This document shows, piece after piece, positions 1 through 12,036 of a stretch of DNA of 64,000 nucleotides. Within the stretch, counting starts at the first letter, position 1. Every line of letters starts with the position of its first letter. Where the stretch lies: the NCBI RefSeq assembly GCF_001194135.2, contig NC_068986.1:97714609-97778608 (forward strand). The letters run 5' to 3'. Both the position numbers and the translations under genes were made by a program. The notes beneath the pieces are model-generated. The model was given only the letters and a program-made list of their open reading frames with translations, was not told where the DNA came from and ran no database searches. The DNA is from Octopus bimaculoides. Its lineage: Eukaryota.

Positions 1-1926
1 ATGACACTGATAATTTAAAGATGTTCTGTTTCTAACACAGAGCGAAACTAATGTAGTATTTCGCTTTCCCTAAAACGCTAACTATAATAGATTTAGGATT
101 TCGTTGTTTCTAAAACAAAGTGAATAAACTCGATATTTCGAACACATTTCGTGTACTGAGAACAGGAAAAATAAGGTGAACAATTGATCCATGTTAAAAG
201 ATCCGTGAACTTTTGCGACTTAATATGAAATTTGCTGAAATCGCTCTATTAAGGAACCTCGCTCTCCATCTTCTCAATACTAGCCTATTATTTTTAGTGC
301 TGTTAATTTAGATACATATATTTTGGCTATCTCTCACCGAATATCGAGAGCATATATATATATATATATANNNNNNNNNNNNNNNNNNNNNNNNNNNNNN
401 NNNNNNNNNNNNNNNNNNNNNNNNNNNNNNNNNNNNNNNNNNNNNNNNNNNNNNNNNNNNNNNNNNNNNNNNNNNNNNNNNNNNNNNNNNNNNNNNNNNN
501 NNNNNNNNNNNNNNNNNNNNNNNNNNNNNNNNNNNNNNNNNNNNNNNNNNNNNNNNNNNNNNNNNNNNNNNNNNNNNNNNNNNNNNNNNNNNNNNNNNNN
601 NNNNNNNNNNNNNNNNNNNNNNNNNNNNNNNNNNNNNNNNNNNNNNNNNNNNNNNNNNNNATATATATATATATATATATATACAAATATGTTTAGTCGT
701 TGGTGTGTTTGTGTGTGCGTGTGTATACCCGTATGTGTATATATGTATGTAAGCCTTGAATCTTATATGCGTTTAGTAAATAGTTTAATTTCTTTTGTTC
801 TAGCTGCTGACGTGAATCCCTGCCTACATTCTGAATTTCTTTTCACATTTCTTGACATTCTTGAAACGAACGCAAGTAAGTTTGAATATTTTGATATATG
901 AATGATGTTGTTATGTGATTTATTGGGGTACTTACACATTCCCACACAAACACCCCACCACATATATATATTAAAATTGCTTTTGTTGTTATACACATAA
1001 AGCGAATAAGGTTTGACTAAATAAAAAATTCAATTTTCATGTAAAGTTTAAGAGAATATCACTTTATCCATAGAGATGTCGAAGATCTTCGTGTACGTGG
1101 CTTGTAGTCACTATTTGAATAAACTGTATTGTATCGTTAGTGCGATTTCACTGACAATAATTTTTTTTATCAGTGTTTGCGGAGGCGTGTGTTTGCCAAT
1201 CTGAGCATCTCAGTATGTTCTGACGGGTGTATAACAATATCACTTTTCATTGATTTATAGATATTCTAATATTGTGATTATTTACATTATCATGACAAAA
1301 TTATTTCTTTAGCTTTCGGAGAATGTATATAAACAATAGATACTGAAAGAAAAATACCATTTGTTGAATATACGTGGATATAATTTACTATTCACTAATT
1401 TAATTTACTTATTGTAACAAACACATGTATAGAAAGTAATTATGTTGTTATGGTTCTGTTATTGGCAATAAATGTTTGCAAATGAATAAACAGTTACTTA
1501 TCAGAATAAAATTGGATTTTATGTTGTAGAAAACATGATAATCTATCAGATCGCTTTTCACAGTTCGAATACAAATTAGTTCTATATTTCAGAATATTTA
1601 CAGAGATTTAACGTAAGATTGGGTTCCACTGTTTTTTAAACATTTTCCGTTTGAAAAGATGCAGATATTATCTAACATGTTACCACTCCTTCATCATTTT
1701 GTTGTTTTATTAACTTAACACATTAAGTGAGCATAATGTGTTTATCAAATTGGTTTTGACATAGATAACTTCAGTATATAAAGTTTTTATATAGTTTATT
1801 GGGTTCTTCACTTTTTTCTGTGTACGATTAAAGAAGTATAATAGAAAGCTGTGTGAGTCAGTGAAATAAGAGAGCATCTTTGAGACGGTCGTTCAGCAAG
1901 ATATTACCGACAAATCTGTCTCTAAA

Positions 1927-2127
1927 TTCTTTTCTACTCTCGACACAAGGCCCGACATTTTGGGGGTAGGGGCCCAGTCGATTAGATCGACCCGAGTAAG
2001 CAACTAGTGCTTAATTTATCAACCCCGAAAGGATGAAAGGCAAAGTCAACCCCGGTGGAATTTGAACTCAGAACGTTAAGACAGGCGAAATACCGCTAAG
2101 CATTTCGCCCGGGGTGCTAACGTTTCT
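1927..2127 (-). mobile_element. tRNA-derived SINE family 1, tail type A, head truncated
   Basis: Core tcaaccccgaaaggatgaaaggcaaagtcaacc..ggaatttgaactcag recurs at many loci in the window; B-box-like GAGTTCAAATTCC on the minus strand; resembles octopus OK/OR-type SINEs (exact family name not verified). Confidence 0.85.
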
Positions 2128-2360
2128 TATTTCATTACTGCCCACAAGGGGCTACAAACAGAGGGGAGAAACAAGGGCAGAAAAATGGATTAAGTCGATT
2201 ATATCGACCCCTGTGCGTAACTGGTACTTATTTAATCGACCCCGAAGGGATGAAAGGCAAAGTCGACCTCGGCGGAATTTGAACTCAGAACGTAGCGGCA
2301 GACGAAATACCGCTAAGCATTTCGCCCGGCGTGGTAACGTTTCTGCCAGCTCGCCACCTT
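2128..2360 (-). mobile_element. tRNA-derived SINE family 1, tail type B, full length
   Basis: Minus-strand head aaggtggcgagctggcagaaacg, shared core, and distinct tail (ccccttgtgggcagtaatgaaata); homologous to 16992-17215 and 23750-23969. Confidence 0.9.
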
Positions 2361-2566
2361 AGCATCCTACTATATTAAAAGAGGGAGGACTTAAGCGTAA
2401 CGTAGTTTTATACATTCATACATACATAAATACATACATGTATGCATATGTGGGTGTGCGTATGTGCATACACATGCACACACACACTCACGCACACACA
2501 CATATATTTAAGCAAAATATCTAGTTACAAAATCTTTATGAGTGATGAAAGTAGTTACTATAATGT

Positions 2567-2760
2567 GAAGTAATGTCTATTGCCATATCAGTTTGGCTGT
2601 TCGACGTTACTACCGTTTTAACCTGCAGCAAAATCTCCTCTGCTTGCAATATATACCGGGTGCAGGTGCAATCTACAACCAACTGAAGGGAACTCTTCGT
2701 GGGGTTAAAAACTGTAGTAACGCCAAACAGCTAGACTGGTGTGGCGATAGACATTACTTC
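2567..2760. mobile_element. MITE-like inverted-repeat element (~57 bp imperfect arms)
   Basis: 2567-2623 (gaagtaatgtctattgccatatcagtttggctgttcgacgttactaccgttttaacc) is the reverse complement of 2702-2760 at about 80% identity; no clear TSD. Confidence 0.7.
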
Positions 2761-2835
2761 GTGCCGTCTCTCCACCTATCTCGCTCTCCGTCTGTCTCCG
2801 TCTCTGTCTCTCTCTCTCCCTATCTCTCTCTCTCC

Positions 2836-2875
<40 letters not shown>

Positions 2876-3321
2876 NNNNNNNNNNNNNNNNNNNNNNNNN
2901 NNNNNNNNNNNNNNNNNNNNNNNNNNNNNNNNNNNNNNNNNNNNNNNNNNNNNNNNNNNNNNNNNNNNNNNNNNNNNNNNNNNNNNNNNNNNNNNNNNNN
3001 NNNNNNNNNNNNNNNNNNNNNNNNNNNNNNNNNNNNNNNNNNNNNNNNNNNNNNNNNNNNNNNNNNNNNNNNNNNNNNNNNNNNNNNNNNNNNNNNNNNN
3101 NNNNNNNNNNNNNNNNNNNNNNNNNNNNNNNNNNNNNNNNNNNNNNNNNNNNNNNNNNNNNNNNNNNNNNNNNNNNNNNNNNNNNNNNNNNNNNNNNNNN
3201 NNNNNNNNNNNNNNNNNNNNNNNNNNNNNNNNNNNNNNNNNNNNNNNNNNNNNNNNNNNNNNNNNNNNNNATATATATATATATATATATATACATATAT
3301 ATATACATATGTATATATATA

Positions 3322-4020
3322 CGCGGTCTAATCAATAAGTGTCCGGATTATTTCCATAATAACTAGCGCAAAGCAGGCAGATGAAGCCGCTCTGTTGTGC
3401 ATGCGCAATAAGTTCTAGCGTTTTACCTCACTTCTGCTTTTTAGAGCAGTGCTTGGAAGGAGTGTGTGTAGCGTGTGATCGCGACACTAACAATGACAGA
3501 GAAAGTTGAGCAGAGAATCTGTATGAATTTTTGCCAAAGTGAAGTAAGCAAATTTTCAAAACGTTTTCATCGTTCTTGACGCAATCAAGGAGATTTTGTG
3601 TAACTGAAGTCCCAGTGTAGTTTTTGGTCAGCTGAAAGCAGTTTTGGCACAAACTTGACAGATACGCATCTCATACCCAAATCTGCAGTGATAATGGACT
3701 GTATTGAACCGTAACTAATCAGCACATCCTCTGATAACTCACGGATGGTGATTCAACAATACCCCTCCCATCTGTACGCACATCTGCTCTGCTTTGCTTT
3801 TTAAAGTTCTGCTTGTTGCAGGTCTCCCACAATGATCTCAAAATAGAAACGTCTGAACCACTCGTACACTTGTGAGCGGCTCATAGACTTCTCTCCATAC
3901 ATTTTCTCCAACTTTGCGTAGGCTTATGAACAGGATACCTTTTAAGAGGCCTATGTAAAGTTGCTTGAATGGAGAGTGTGTAGCGTGTGACCGTCTCATT
4001 GACCATGATAGAGAAAGTTG
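3322..4020. mobile_element. Rearranged mariner transposon relic (5' TIR, N-terminal HTH region, internal inversion)
   Basis: TA|cgcggtctaatcaataagtgtccgga TIR-like end; plus strand MTEKVEQRICMNFCQ from 3493; minus strand 3940-3545 AYAKLEKMYGEKSMSRSQVYEWFRRF..GRPATSR..ITIRELSEDVLISYGSIQSII..KFVPKLLS..LLDCVKNDEN. Confidence 0.85.
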
Positions 4021-4390
4021 TCATGGCAAAACATTTTCAGTGGTTTTTAAATAAAGAATGTCGTTCATTCCATTTCCTTTCATTTATCAATTTATATAAA
4101 CTCGGATATTAAGATATCTCTTATGTATATCCATTTGGAGAAGCATGATGATGTCAGGTAGCGAATAACTCTGGACTGGTTTTGTGTAGCATTCTACAAG
4201 ATTTCTTTTTAGAATCTTATTTAACATATTTCTAGAAACTTATTGGCAAAATTCGAAGTTACATATACTCTCATTTTCGTGTATTAGAATATAACATTAC
4301 TCATGCTTTCAGTAACTTTCAAAATGAATGCTACTTGATTTCAATGGTATTAATAAAAAAGCTATCTTCAAATAGTTTTTATCTATATAT

Positions 4391-4409
4391 GTGTAAGTAT
4401 TGATATGTA

Positions 4410-4495
<86 letters not shown>

Positions 4496-4530
4496 GTATT
4501 GATATGTATGATATATATATATATATATAT
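4391..4530. repeat. Compound (TA)n(TG)n microsatellite with duplicated flank
   Basis: gtgtaagtattgatatgtatgata(ta)n occurs at 4391 and again at 4490. Confidence 0.9.
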
Positions 4531-7500
4531 ATCAGTGTGTGTCTATGCGCATACATAAATACATATATGTATATGTCCCTCCCCTTTGTGTATATGTATG
4601 TGTATGTGCGTAGGCGCGCCTGTATGTATTCCTGTATATAATGCCATAAATCATTTGGAAAATAACTATAGAGGATTTCCTAAAAGCAAACTACAAACTT
4701 CAATTAACCACACGAATACATCAAACGTAAAGACTATATCATTAAATCTACTAGGATTTATAGTTATATAATTTTAATAACGGAAACCACATTCAACATA
4801 CTACTACTAGAAAATTGAAGCAGTACTTTCATAAATATCAATACCATGTTGTGTAATATCCAACGAGTCCACTATATATTGAATGGGAACAAGCTGTTTT
4901 CTTAAGAGTTGTAGCCAGCACACCCTGTGCTTTCTAAGTTACCTTAAGATAGACACATCCCAGTGCAGAATTAAAAGACGCTATGTATACACCAAACTTC
5001 ACTGGCCGTCAATCGTTGGGATGGTTTCACATCTGCACGAGTGTTCCTTGTTCATTGTAAAGTGGTATCTTAATGGCTGGCAATTTCGTCGTAGCACCAG
5101 TTAATTAACGAAAAACGGTATAATTTTAAATATTCATTCATTAACACATACCATTGTATGACTAACTTAGTTTTTACATTTACAGATACCGTTTAAACGC
5201 TTTCTTCCTTGGAACATTTTCCATGTACTTGAAATCAATATTTCGATGCCGAGTCGTGCTAAAGCCACCAGACGACTTGGCAAATAATTTGTTCTGAAAT
5301 ATTTTTTATCAGCTTAAGTTTATTGAATGAATTTTTCTGCAAAGTCAGCCATTGCAGATATCTAGAGAAAATGATATTTTTTAACATGTTCTTATATATT
5401 TAATTAAATATATCCATGGGCTTATGTTGTACATTCTCAAAGCTGCTTGGGCGTATCATAGATTTCATGTCGATAAATTCATTTAATGGGTCTTTGTAAA
5501 TTTCTGCAACTGACACGCTCTTTACCCTAAAATAAGAATTTCCAATATATCCAATAATGGTCAGCGAAATTTTATCAGCAGTTTCATATACTCTAGTTAA
5601 AGCGCCAATGACGAAAGCGACAATATAAAAAAAATAAGAAATAACGATTTCATATCTGTACCAGGAACCTTTGTGGGTTCTCAACATTTGACTTAATTTC
5701 CTTAATTTCTTTTTTTACTATCTGACATTTGCTTTTAGTTTTGTTTCTACCAACAGACTGTTCGCGAGAAGTCTTGAGTTTGTTTTGGAGAGTAAATGAA
5801 ACATTCAGTGTTGTCCACTTCATTATTAACAATGATATCTCTTGTATGTTACATCATAGTGCATATATGAATAACAGTAAAAATGTTAAATCAGGCAGAT
5901 GGCGTGTGTACGCGTCAGAAAGAGGACATATGTTCAATAGCTACTGTTATTTCACTTATTGTTAGTGAAATTATTATTTCACATATTATTAAGGCTCAAA
6001 AGACTTCGAAGGGCCAATGTGACAGCATTGCGATTTGTTGCACTGTGTTTGGCAGAAGAATTTTGTTTTTGCAGTACTCTTTTTTAGTGTTCTTGTTTCA
6101 ATCGTGACGTTATAGCTTTCTTACAGTACTTGAAATTGTGTGGTTTGTAAATCTGAATCGAACACATGCATGCAATGTATGACATATAATGGGGATAGTG
6201 GTAAGCGGTCTTCGATAAGTTTTATCCTGTTTACACCTTTTTTACCTGGTAGATATATTGGCACCGTTTACATATTCTTGGTTCTAAGGACACGATATGT
6301 TTACAAAATGCTTTCTCCATCTGTTTTGCAATGGTAAGACGATTTGTTTTTATTACATAAAGCTTCGAAAGAAAGTAACGTACAATAAGGTGACGTATGA
6401 TCAGGTAACGTACGATAAACGTTGTATCATCTGCATCAACGGGATCCATAATGCATCCATTATGGTTAAAATACTCTTTCTGTGATCACTCAGAGTTTGT
6501 CAAATCATTGAGAAATATGTTCATATTGTGACTGAGCCGAAGGACAATGTCCATGCAATCTTTTTTCATTCTCATGGTGTTTCTTGGTCTTCGAAGCACG
6601 AGCTGCATGTACGGAATTCGGATGCGACAAAAGTTCAAAGAACCCAAGCAAGTTATCATTGTAAACAATACATGTCATATGAGAAATACCATAGAATAAA
6701 AACCATACAAAAAGAGAAAAACAAGACAGTGTAGACTATCGATCTAATTCCTATTCTCTATTGCAATCTGTTTTACGAAGAATACATGGCCTGTGCATCA
6801 ATTTAACTGAATTCTTTGATAGAGCATTCTTCTTCATGATACATAATTCAATTTTTGTTGGTTTCTACGTTCAGAAATTCAATTTCGTAATTCTCTCCAC
6901 TTTTCTGTGGATAGAATATTCATTCTCTATTGTGAGCTTGATTCATTAACTCCGCTTTCCTAAAAAGTCGCCATGCTGAAGAAAATATGACTATTTTGTT
7001 TTTAGTTTACAACAGCCAATTATTCAGACATTTCACTATTGTGATTTCTCCTCTTAAAGATACTGAATATCTTTTGGGGGAAGAAATATATCATTTTAGT
7101 ATATTCATCATCTTCATTGTATTACATTTCAAATCCAGGAACGACATCCGTTTCTATTCCCTTTAATCTTTTGCTTTCTATAATCCAGACTTCATATTAT
7201 ACATTATCATAGTCTAAAATTATCGTAACATGTTATTAATTAATACTCTGTATGCAGAGAGACCATTTACAAATCCTGTATTTGCTTGTTTACTCGATAA
7301 AAAACTGAAAAATAATTCCGGACATGTGTCTACTAGGTCAACGTCAATTTGAGGATAAACAATTAACAACAATTATAGAATGACTGGATAAATTAGTTGC
7401 ATGAACAAATATGATACTGAAATCTAGAATACCAGTTATAATTAATCTGCTTCATCAGTTATGATTCGTGGCTGTGCAACCACATGGGGAGATAATCTGG

Positions 7501-7854
7501 CCGCAGGCATATGTACAAATAATAGATATTTCACTACCGATACACTTTTCATCATATCTATTCAAGACTTTCGGTGGTTAGACACAACGTTACGATAAGT
7601 GGAGAATGTATTCCTAGATTTACTATGCTTGAAGACAAAACGAGATAGCCATGATTAGAATACTTATAACCATGATTTTACTTTACAGGAGCACACTTAA
7701 TTCTAAACAAATTTGCCGAAGGGTACACTAGAAAATATTGTCGTAGAAACGGTATGTTTGAATGAAAAGTACGAAGGACACAACTAGATGGCATCTGATT
7801 AAAATTCGATTTATTCTACACTGAACTACTACTATATATAAAATAGTGTATGCA

Positions 7855-7921
<67 letters not shown>
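7855..7921. repeat. (TG)n microsatellite
   Basis: Direct reading. Confidence 0.95.
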
Positions 7922-7923
<2 letters not shown>

Positions 7924-7959
7924 TATACTAAATATATATATCTTACCAGACGTATGAGT

Positions 7960-8100
7960 TCTGGGGTTTGCGTTGCTTAGTGATTGGGTTGTTGGACTTA
8001 CTATCGTCGGTTCAATTCTCAGATCAGTCAGGGCATTAAGCTTTTGAACCAAAACTTCATTTCACTATACTGTATTGAGTAGCAGCAGTTGGTTAGTCAG
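7960..8100 (+). mobile_element. Degraded tRNA-derived SINE head
   Basis: A-box-like ttgcttagtgattgg, B-box-like ggttcaattc, then aaaacttcatttcac similar to aaacactatttcac in the SINE at 49420-49670. Confidence 0.45.
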
Positions 8101-8682
8101 GGATTGGTGTCTCCTTTACGTTAGCCTATTGTAGTCTAGATCGCTTACACAATTTGGAAGCTGGAATACGTTCAGGCCTAAAAATCATGCAGGTTCCTGA
8201 TAGACCGATGACTAAGCTATATAGGGAGCCAAAAAGGAACCTTACACGTTTTCGATGGACCTACAAAAAGTAATAGGGCATCGTACTATTTTATAATTAT
8301 TTAGCATTTCATAGATTTGTGGGCTTCGGTTTCTACAAAATTGTAGGCGTTTCAGATGATGGCTTTAATCACTAAATAAAAGTCATACACGGACCAACAT
8401 GAAATGAATTTAGGGAAGATATTTCATTTATAAGAGTAGCAGTATCCTGAAAACTGATTGTCAACCACATCAGCGATAAAGCAAATTAGTTGTAGGTTCT
8501 TACCGAGGTAACTGACTTTAGAATATATTGCTTAACTAATTTTGATGATGTAAGTTATGAAGTTACGTAGCAGAGAGATCATTTTAAACATTTTGCACTG
8601 TATCAATTTGAACCAGTGTATGGGTACGTGTATATAAGTATGTACGAGTGTGTGTGTGCATATACATAAATACATATATACA

Positions 8683-8843
8683 TGTATGTATGTATATATA
8701 TCTGTATGTATGTATGTATGTATGTATGTATGTATGTATGTATGTATGTATTAACTTGTGTTTGTATGATACAGCATTTACGAATAAACATTGCGCTATA
8801 AAAATTTAGATTGATTCAGAGATTGAAACACGGTCACCTGTTC

Positions 8844-8931
<88 letters not shown>
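8683..8931. repeat. (TATG)n and (TA)n microsatellites
   Basis: Direct reading of 8683-8750 and 8843-8931. Confidence 0.95.
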
Positions 8932-8933
<2 letters not shown>

Positions 8934-9074
8934 GGGCGCAAACCCCAAAGTGGTTGACCACAGGTTAAGCAGTTCCTTGTCAAAAGAATCTCAATAAAAG
9001 TAATGCAGTGAATAATCGCCGTCCTGTATTATGCCTACCCCTGATGTGGAAGTTTATGACAATAATAGTAACTA

Positions 9075-10385
9075 AATTGTATGTATAGATTCTTGAAAAT
9101 GAATGACAAACTGCCAGTGAAGCATAAAAGATGCAGAAGGAAAAACTGAGGGACAAAAGATGAACTTCTGACAGACAGAATGTTGCCGAACGACTGCAAG
9201 AAAAGACATACTGCTCTGAGTATAGCGTGGAACGATTATAAGAAAGTGCATGACATGGTTCCCCATTCCTGGATTTTAGACCTGTAACTGTACTACTTTC
9301 TGTAGTATCTGTGTGGGAGTTCTGATAACATATTAAATTTCATCTGGAGATCAATGAAGAACTGGAATACATAATTAACATCATGTGGACACATTTTAAC
9401 AAGGGTTAATATCAACAGAAGCGTATTTCAGGGATATAACCTATCACCATTATTGTTTGTACTGTCCATGATACCCCACACAGATGCTATGGAAAGTGAC
9501 ATCGTGGTACACCTTGAAAACTGGAGAGAAATTAAATCATCTATTATATGTAGATGACATAAAGGTCTTTCGAAAAACCGAACGGGAACTGCATGCTGTG
9601 GTTTCAACAGTGCAGATATCCAGTAAGGATATTCGAATTGAATTTGGGACTAAAGGGTTTGGTATGCTTATAATACAAAAAGGCAAAGTAGTATCATTTG
9701 ATGCTGTAGATCTACCCAACGGGAAGAAAATCAAAGATGTTGAGACTGATGGATGTAAGTATCTGGATATTTTGGAGTACGACGAAATCTAGGAGAGTAA
9801 GATGAAAGAAAGCTTTAGGCGAGAATATCTTGAAAGAACCAAATTAATTGAGGGAAGTAGACTCAATTGAGAGAACAAGATTAGGGCAATGAATACATGG
9901 GCTCTTTACTTAATGCGACACTGCGCAGGTGTTGTTAGATGGACAAAGAACGAGCTTGAGAAAATCAATAGAAAACCAGGGAAATTATGACAATTAACAC
10001 GGAACTGAACCTAAAAAGCGATATTGAGAGATTGTATGTACCTAGGAATAAGGGAGAAAGAGGTCTCATAGGGTGCAAGATCGGTGTTCTCAACTAGAAC
10101 AGTTTGACAGGGTACATCAAACAGCAGAGTGAATCCTTGCTTGCCACTGTTAGAAATAACACGTTACCTACCGAAAATGTGATGCACCCAAAAGAATTTA
10201 AGAATATGAAAAACAGAGAGTAAACAATTGGAAAATGAATACAATGCATGGGCAATACCTCAGAAAAATCGAAGGAAAAGACAAGAGCAACATCTGAAGT
10301 TGACTAAGAAATAGTGTTCTGGAAGGATGCACTGAAGCACTGATATGCAGGGCTTAGAAACAGATCTGAGAACTAATAACATCAA
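9075..10385 (+). mobile_element. R4/Dong-clade non-LTR retrotransposon, RT part (degraded copy A, 5' segment)
   Basis: Motifs DYKKVHDMVPHSWIL, VFQGYNLSPLLFVLSMIP, NHLLYVDDIKVF, DIRIEFG, KYLDILEYD, KIRAMNTWA; stops and frameshifts present. Confidence 0.9.
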
Positions 10386-10475
10386 TACAGTTTTATATCT
10401 AAGAAATGAGGAATTATGTACAGTATTTACATTATTTACATTTGACGGATATTTGCCCTCATCTTGTTTGTTTTT

Positions 10476-10521
10476 AACACAACGTTTCGGCTGATATACC
10501 CCGCAGCCTTCATCAGGTGTC
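10476..10521 (-). ncRNA. Minimal type I hammerhead ribozyme motif (intact core)
   Basis: GACAC-CUGAUGA-A-GGCUG(cgggguauau)CAGCC-GAAA-C-GUU-GUGUU: stems I and II pair; stem III reduced to the palindrome AACGUU. Confidence 0.75.
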
Positions 10522-10606
10522 TTGGGGAAATTTCGAATCTGGGTTCTCGTTCCTAGGGTATTTTTCGATGTTGTTATTGTTGTTATTATTATTATTGTTA
10601 TTATTG

Positions 10607-10661
<55 letters not shown>

Positions 10662-10662
<1 letters not shown>

Positions 10663-11836
10663 GTTCAGTAGTTTTATTTTTATAACGTGCTTTCACTTCA
10701 CTACCGAGCGCAGCTCTGTGCGCCTTGGGTATGTGCTGTGGATTCCTGTGGTGTTCTTATGGTTACTGTATTGAAAGTGTTTTACGTAGGATGTGTGCAG
10801 TACCCAGTAGTGCAATTTTCTGTATGTTATATATATTTGTAAGTCCTGGTCCTCTTGTTATGTATTTGTCTGAATATTTTTTTATTATGCCTAAGGCACC
10901 TACTATGATAGGAATTGTTTCTGTTTTTAGATTCCACATTCGAGTTACCTCTATTTCCAGGTGTTTGTATTTTGAATGTTTTTCCATTTCTTTTAGAGAA
11001 ACGTTGTCATCTGTCGGTATTGATANNNNNNNNNNNNNNNNNNNNNNNNNNNNNNNNNNNNNNNNNNNNNNNNNNNNNNNNNNNNNNNNNNNNNNNNNNN
11101 NNNNNNNNNNNNNNNNNNNNNNNNNNNNNNNNNNNNNNNNNNNNNNNNNNNNNNNNNNNNNNNNNNNNNNNNNNNNNNNNNNNNNNNNNNNNNNNNNNNN
11201 NNNNNNNNNNNNNNNNNNNNNNNNNNNNNNNNNNNNNNNNNNNNNNNNNNNNNNNNNNNNNNNNNNNNNNNNNNNNNNNNNNNNNNNNNNNNNNNNNNNN
11301 NNNNNNNNNNNNNNNNNNNNNNNNNNNNNNNNNNNNNNNNNNNNNNNNNNNNNNNNNNNNNNNNNNNNNNNNNNNNNNNNNNNNNNNNNNNNNNNNNNNN
11401 NNNNNNNNNNNNNNNNNNNNNNNNNNNNNNNNNNNNNNNNNNNNNNNNNNNNNNNNNNNNNNNNNNNNNNNNNNNNNNNNNNNNNNNNNNNNNNNNNNNN
11501 NNNNNNNNNNNNNNNNNNNNNNNNNNNNNNNNNNNNNNNNNNNNNNNNNNNNNNNNNNNNNNNNNNNNNNNNNNNNNNNNNNNNNNNNNNNNNNNNNNNN
11601 NNNNNNNNNNNNNNNNNNNNNNNNNNNNNNNNNNNNNNNNNNNNNNNNNNNNNNNNNNNNNNNNNNNNNNNNNNNNNNNNNNNNNNNNNNNNNNNNNNNN
11701 NNNNNTTCTTCTTCTTCTTCTTCTTCTTCTTCTTCTTCTTCTTCTTCTTCTTCTTCTTCTTCTTCTTCTTCTTCTTCGTATTTGTTAGGTAGATTGATTT
11801 CTTGTTCGTATTTGTCAGCTTCCTTAAATACTATTA
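10662..11836 (-). mobile_element. R4/Dong-clade LINE, 5'-truncated younger copy B inserted in an (ATT)n tract
   Basis: Minus strand VFKEADKYEQEINLPNKY(E)n [gap] DDNVSLKEMEKHSKYKHLEIEVTRMWNLKTETIPIIVGALG..QKIALLGTAHILRKTLSIQ* (restriction-like endonuclease C-terminus), 3' UTR, (TAA)n on both sides. Confidence 0.9.
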
Positions 11837-11845
11837 TTATTATTA

Positions 11846-11914
<69 letters not shown>

Positions 11915-11990
11915 TGGTCACTGCCTGGAATCGAACTCAGAATCTTGGAGTTAGTAGCCTGCACTCTTAACCGCTACGAAATTTCCCTAA

Positions 11991-12036
11991 AACAGCTGAT
12001 GAAGGCTGCTAGGTAAATCAGTCGAAACGTTGTGTT
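11991..12036 (+). ncRNA. Minimal type I hammerhead ribozyme motif (stem I first pair mismatched)
   Basis: AACAG-CUGAUGA-A-GGCUG(cuagguaaau)CAGUC-GAAA-C-GUU-GUGUU; inverted partner of 10476-10521. Confidence 0.65.

Noticed and set aside
5248-5281. 10-bp stem hairpin beside GAAATATT on the minus strand
   Set aside because: No hammerhead core strand; a single hairpin is expected by chance.
5800-6110. Minus-strand hydrophobic frame with several TGA stops, suggesting a UGA=Trp code (NUMT or bacterial insert)
   Set aside because: No resemblance to any mitochondrial protein, TAA stops occur in the same frame, and TGA arises easily from CGA or TGG decay.
6400-6485. KRCIICINGIHNASI as an MDM2/IAP-type RING start
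   Set aside because: The remaining RING Cys and His residues are absent and the frame stops.
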